Of a DNA stretch of 12,731 nt, positions 8,915-12,731 are shown in pieces. This stretch comes from Octopus sinensis (taxonomy: Eukaryota). The position numbers and the translations under genes are program-made. Every line of letters begins with the position of its first letter. Position 1 is the stretch's first letter. The notes below the pieces were generated by a model, which was given only the letters and a program-made list of their open reading frames with translations, searched no databases and had not been told where the DNA came from. The DNA is taken from NCBI RefSeq assembly GCF_006345805.1, contig NW_021826484.1, positions 1-12,731 on the forward strand, in the 5' to 3' direction.

Positions 8915-8990
8915 GACATGGACTCTCCCGTTGAAACTGCAATCTCGCAGCCGTGAATGCGACATCTTAACCACTAACCCGTGCGCCTTG
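8915..8990 (-). mobile_element. Isolated, degraded SINE tRNA-like head
   Basis: Reverse complement aaggcgcacgggttagtggttaagatgtcgcattcacggctgcgag resembles the family B head. Confidence 0.45.
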
Positions 8991-9959
8991 ATAAGATGTA
9001 TATAAAATGTGTGCATTATATAACTTTCTGCGAGATGCATCGAACGCAAGAGGTACGCACCGACAGCGAGAAATCTAATAAACCGGTACATTCGAACAGT
9101 AATACTTTTGTTATTTTTCCACCCCAGTTTTCCAAATACTCCCTTACGATTCTCGTCATCGGAGACCTGTAATTAGTCTATTGGAAACCTATAAAAGAAA
9201 TCTGATATAATTTCTTCTTAAAACTAATGGTCTAGCGTTGATCTATTTTAACCAATCGACGTTCAAATAAAAGGTATTGACTCTTGGCTTTATTGATTGA
9301 AATAGCCATAAAATTCTTTTGGAACCTTAAATCATTTTGTTTCTTCATTGCTACTCTGATTTGAACCCTCAAATAGATTTTTATTCTATAGAGTATTCAC
9401 TTAATCGATATGATATAATTGAGTAGAAATAAATCCCAACGATTTATGCAATAATACAGATACGACGAACATACGAAAGCGTTGGTTCCAAGAACCAAAA
9501 CAGAAGTGAATTCTCACGACAAACGAAACGATTTGTTGATGGCGAATGCAAAAATTCACCAGAGGCATTTAGCGTTTGAGTGAAACCAGCATCTGTCGAG
9601 AATTATCTAAGAAGGGAATGTCGATGTATAAGACATCGTGGTGGTTTACAACGAAATATCGAGAGAAGATAAAAGAAATATGAAAGATTCTTGCGGAAGA
9701 ATTGGTTCTTTTATTTTAATAATATCAAAAGATTTTGGTCTTCATCAAGGTTACGAGTTTTCTCTAAGAGCAGTGATTCGCCACATCTTTTGATCTAAAC
9801 GATTTCTGCTCAAAGGGAAACCATATTCTTACAATAAAGAGGAATAGTTACAAAGTTTAAGAATTCTTTAAAGTAGGAAACTTTTATAGAGTATTGGAAA
9901 GGGTTAAAAACCAGAAACGAAGAGAGAGAAACAGCACGTAGGTTGTTGTAATAATCTTC

Positions 9960-10202
9960 ATTGTGTGTGTATCTGTGTGTGTGTGTGTTAGAGAGAGAGA
10001 CGGAAAGAGAGAAGAGAGAAAGAGAGAAAAGCAGACTGATACGTAGATAGCTAAGTACGTACTCATATAAATACACACGTACATATATATACATAGACAC
10101 ACTCGTGCTCACACACACAGACACAAATACACACGCACACGCACACATATGTGTGTGTGTGCGTGTGTGCATGTGTGTGTGTGTATGTGTGTGTGTGTGT
10201 GT
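9960..10202. repeat. Compound (TG)/(GA)/(CA) microsatellite region
   Basis: Directly visible. Confidence 0.85.
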
Positions 10203-10353
10203 TTGAATTTTTAACTTTCGAAAATGTGTATATCATTTAGAAAGCTTGTCACAAAGACAAAAAAAAAACCGAAAACGATTACACTCTAAATGACACTTCT
10301 ATAAAAGCAAAACATTTACTTGAAATATATATATACATCTATATATACATATC

Positions 10354-10778
10354 AGAAATATTAAATTTCTAAATATCTCATAGAGATATGTACGGTGGTG
10401 GGGCGATAGAACGGTTGTATACTGTCAATTTAACGTGACCGTTGGGGATTACACCACCGCTGTTTAGCCCTAGGAAGCATCGACGCTTCCTGTCGGCTTC
10501 GACACATTTCCTGTGTCCTTATATATTTACGAAGGGGAGACAAATACCCCCAACAGCTAGGCCTGCATCTAGAGACACGCATGTTTCAGGGTCTTTGCCC
10601 ATCATCGGTCTAGAGTAGCAGAGGCCTGCTAGCTGAAGATATCTGTCTCGACTTCGTAAATATATAGGACACAGGAAATGTGTCGAAGCCGACAGGAAGC
10701 GTCGATGCTTCCTAGGGCTAACAAAGCGGTGGTGTAATCCCCTACTGTCACGTTAAGTTGACAGTATACGACCACTCT
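10354..10778 (-). mobile_element. Fold-back element 3: about 54-nt unpaired end plus long inverted arms whose stem is capped by a hammerhead ribozyme
   Basis: Arms 10408-10534 / 10653-10778 are about 95% complementary over the 10417-10534 core. Looser pairing continues (gagaca, cagctag, ggcct) to tctaga 10568-10573 / 10609-10614, which is HHR stem I. Homologous to 12365-12598. TA and TC/TA microsatellite flanks. Confidence 0.8.
10568..10614 (-). ncRNA. Type I hammerhead ribozyme motif (variant core CCGAUGA), predicted GUC cleavage between 10574 and 10573
   Basis: Minus strand: tctaga-CCGATGA-t-ggg-caaaga-ccc-t-GAAAC-atgcgt-GTC-tctaga. 6-bp stem I, 3-bp stem II with a U/U opposition at its base, near-palindromic stem III ACATGCGTGT, canonical GUC triplet. 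Confidence 0.72.
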
Positions 10779-10825
10779 CTCTCTCTCTCTCTCTCCTCTC
10801 TATATATATATTAGATATATATATA

Positions 10826-10889
<64 letters not shown>

Positions 10890-10958
10890 CATATATAATA
10901 TATACATATATATAATATATATATAATACATACATACTACATACATACATACATACAT
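10776..10958. repeat. (TC)n, (TA)n and (CATA)n microsatellite
   Basis: Directly visible. Confidence 0.95.
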
Positions 10959-11114
10959 ACGACAAGCTTCTTTCAGTTTCTGTCTACGATATCCACCCAC
11001 AAGGTCGGCCTAGAGCTATAACTGAAGACATTTGCACAAGATACCGCGCAGTGGGACTGAACCTGAAACCACAAAGTTAGGAAACAAGCTTTTCAACCAC
11101 AGAGCTACGCCTGC
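10958..11114 (-). mobile_element. SINE family A, 5' half ending at a microsatellite
   Basis: Plus strand gacaagcttctttcagtttctgtctac...cttgtg-type block, gctata..gaagacatttgcacaag, gcagtgggactgaacc, aaccacagagctacgcctgc: the reverse complement of the family A head. Confidence 0.8.
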
Positions 11115-11449
11115 AATTCCTAATTGCATGGCATCCCAAAACGTTGGTCGGATAGAGATCGACCAAGCTTTTGGTCAACTGTAACCCTTGATCTGCTTAA
11201 AATTTTTACTTTTGAGGTGATTATCGCGGCGAGGTCTATAGAATTGTAATCAAAGTTCAGGGGCGTTAAAGAAAAGAATTCGAAGAAATGGTGAGGATTC
11301 GAACCACAGTTTTCGTAACGTATTCAATATGTGAAGTTGGAAAGATACGCTGAATATGAATAGTGAAAGATGGCAGACATTTTGGACGTTATTAATTGTG
11401 TATAGGAAAAAATGTAGACACGCTAAAGGGACTTCTGATTGCCTCTGTA

Positions 11450-11616
11450 TTTACGTATGTACGCATGTATGTACATACGTATGTATGTATGTATGTATGT
11501 ATGTATGTATGTGTAAGTAAGTATGTATTTATGTATGTATGTATGAACGAATGTACGTTGGACGTAGGCTTGCATGTTTATGTGTGTGTGTGTATTTATC
11601 AGTGATTGTGTGCATG

Positions 11617-11657
<41 letters not shown>

Positions 11658-11833
11658 ACACATATACATATATATACGTAATGTGTATATCTATGTTTGT
11701 ATGTCTATATGCGTGTATGTATGAGTGCATGTATATATTCTTCTGTATGTATGTGTGTGCATGTATGCGTATATGGATGAATGTATGTGATACGCGTGTG
11801 TGTATGCATGTGTGTGCATATGTATTTGTGCAT
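11450..11833. repeat. Degenerate (TATG)n/(CA)n/(TG)n microsatellite region
   Basis: Directly visible. Confidence 0.9.
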
Positions 11834-11834
11834 A

Positions 11835-12215
11835 TCTCTCTCTATATAAACGGCAGTTTGTCTGTGTGCGTGTCTGTGTGTCTGTTTGCTTGTACCCTCA
11901 CCCTGACCACGGCTTTCAACCGATTCTGATGAAACTTGACACACACATAGCCCAATGTCATAATTCAAAACTAACGCAGCGAAAATTTTGAAAAGTTCCC
12001 CCAGTTCTGAAAAAAATCGATAAATTCGACATGGGGTCGAGAATTAGAAACACAAACCGCAAACTGTCTAAGGGACGCAACTCCACCTTTTTTAACTAAA
12101 AAAAAATTTACCATCATTTTTTCCATTTTTTTGCTATTTTTTGGCTATAACTCTCTAAAAATGCTTTATAGTTATTTCCCTTACAAACCTGAGCAACGCC
12201 GGGCGATACTGCTAG
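11835..12215 (+). mobile_element. Non-autonomous Helitron, apparently complete (about 381 bp)
   Basis: Starts A|TCtctctctatataaacggcag followed by a TG/TC microsatellite and aaccgattctgatgaaacttg, a motif typical of invertebrate Helitron-N 5' regions (recalled). Ends with an imperfect GC hairpin cctgagcaacgccggg, then cgatactg-CTAG|T. A/T insertion site, no TSD. Confidence 0.8.
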
Positions 12216-12364
12216 TATGTATATATATATACGTATATATGTGTGTGTGTGTGTGTGTGTATATGCATGTATGTATGAATATATGTATGTATATGTATGT
12301 ATATATGTATGTACGTTTGTATACATGTGTGTATGTACGTAAATATATATATATAATATATATA
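12216..12364. repeat. (TA)/(TG)/(TATG) microsatellite
   Basis: Directly visible. Confidence 0.95.
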
Positions 12365-12590
12365 AGAAATACTAAATTTCTAAATCTCTCGTAGAGACAT
12401 GTACGGTGGTGGGGCGATAGAATGGTTGGATACTGTCAATCTAACACGAACGTGACTGTAGGGGGGTACACCACCGCTCTATAGCCCTAGGAAGCATCAA
12501 GCCATCAGGAGGCGTCGATGCTTCCTAGGGCTATACAGCGGTGGTGTACCCCCCTACTGTCACGTTCGTGTTAGATTGACAGTATACAAC

Positions 12591-12598
<8 letters not shown>
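12365..12598 (-). mobile_element. Fold-back element 4: short member of the element 3 family; 52-nt unpaired end, 82-bp arms (12417-12498 / 12517-12598), 18-nt loop, no hammerhead
   Basis: 3 mismatches in 82 bp. Leader agaaatactaaatttctaaatctctcgtagagacatgtacggtggtggggcgat is nearly identical to 10354-10407. (TA)n on both sides. Strand is assigned by homology to element 3. Confidence 0.8.
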
Positions 12599-12631
<33 letters not shown>

Positions 12632-12731
12632 TGCAGACACATATGTATGTATATATGTATGTATATGTGTGTGTATGTATGTATGTGTGTATGTATGTAT
12701 GTATGTGTGTATGTATTTATGTATGTATGTA
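12597..12731. repeat. (TA)n then (TATG)/(TG) microsatellite to the window end
   Basis: Directly visible. Confidence 0.95.

Noticed and set aside
9440-9800. Possible mariner N-terminal remnant (RWFQ, TIC*W..QKFTRG-like words)
   Set aside because: Only short words in different frames with many stops; cannot be supported without a translated search (tblastn/HMM against Tc1/mariner transposases would decide).
11255-11320. ggattcgaacca (reverse B-box-like word)
   Set aside because: An isolated word with no matching A box or SINE body.
1-12731. CRISPR array or prokaryotic operon-type system
   Set aside because: No regularly spaced direct repeats with unique spacers and no gene-dense coding; the sequence is clearly eukaryotic repeat-rich DNA.

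Overview
Repeat-dense, AT-rich eukaryotic non-coding DNA. The SINE families and the very high microsatellite load point to an octopus/coleoid cephalopod genome; this is recognition from memory, not a database hit. None of the supplied ORFs is a credible gene: nearly all are translations of (TA)n, (CA)n, (TATG)n or trinucleotide tracts, or read through SINEs. Supported content: a decayed mariner transposase C-terminus (2-297); at least three tRNA-derived SINE families in full and partial copies; one apparently complete non-autonomous Helitron (11835-12215) plus a second Helitron 3' end; and one candidate 67-nt internal exon on + (1827-1893). The most striking signal is five fold-back (inverted-repeat) elements in TA-rich microsatellites. 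Four are near-perfect (1188-1380, 6669-7084, 10408-10778, 12417-12598), each with an unpaired 50-120 nt leader on the left only; one is older (1484-1667). Two carry a type I minimal hammerhead ribozyme (HHR) motif on the minus strand between their arms. In the 10.4-10.8 kb element the long stem runs directly into hammerhead stem I. Both HHRs share the variant core CCGAUGA. A third minimal HHR lies at 8784-8817, also on the minus strand. Working interpretation (inference): non-autonomous, Penelope-like or retrozyme-like, ribozyme-capped fold-back elements associated with TA microsatellites.
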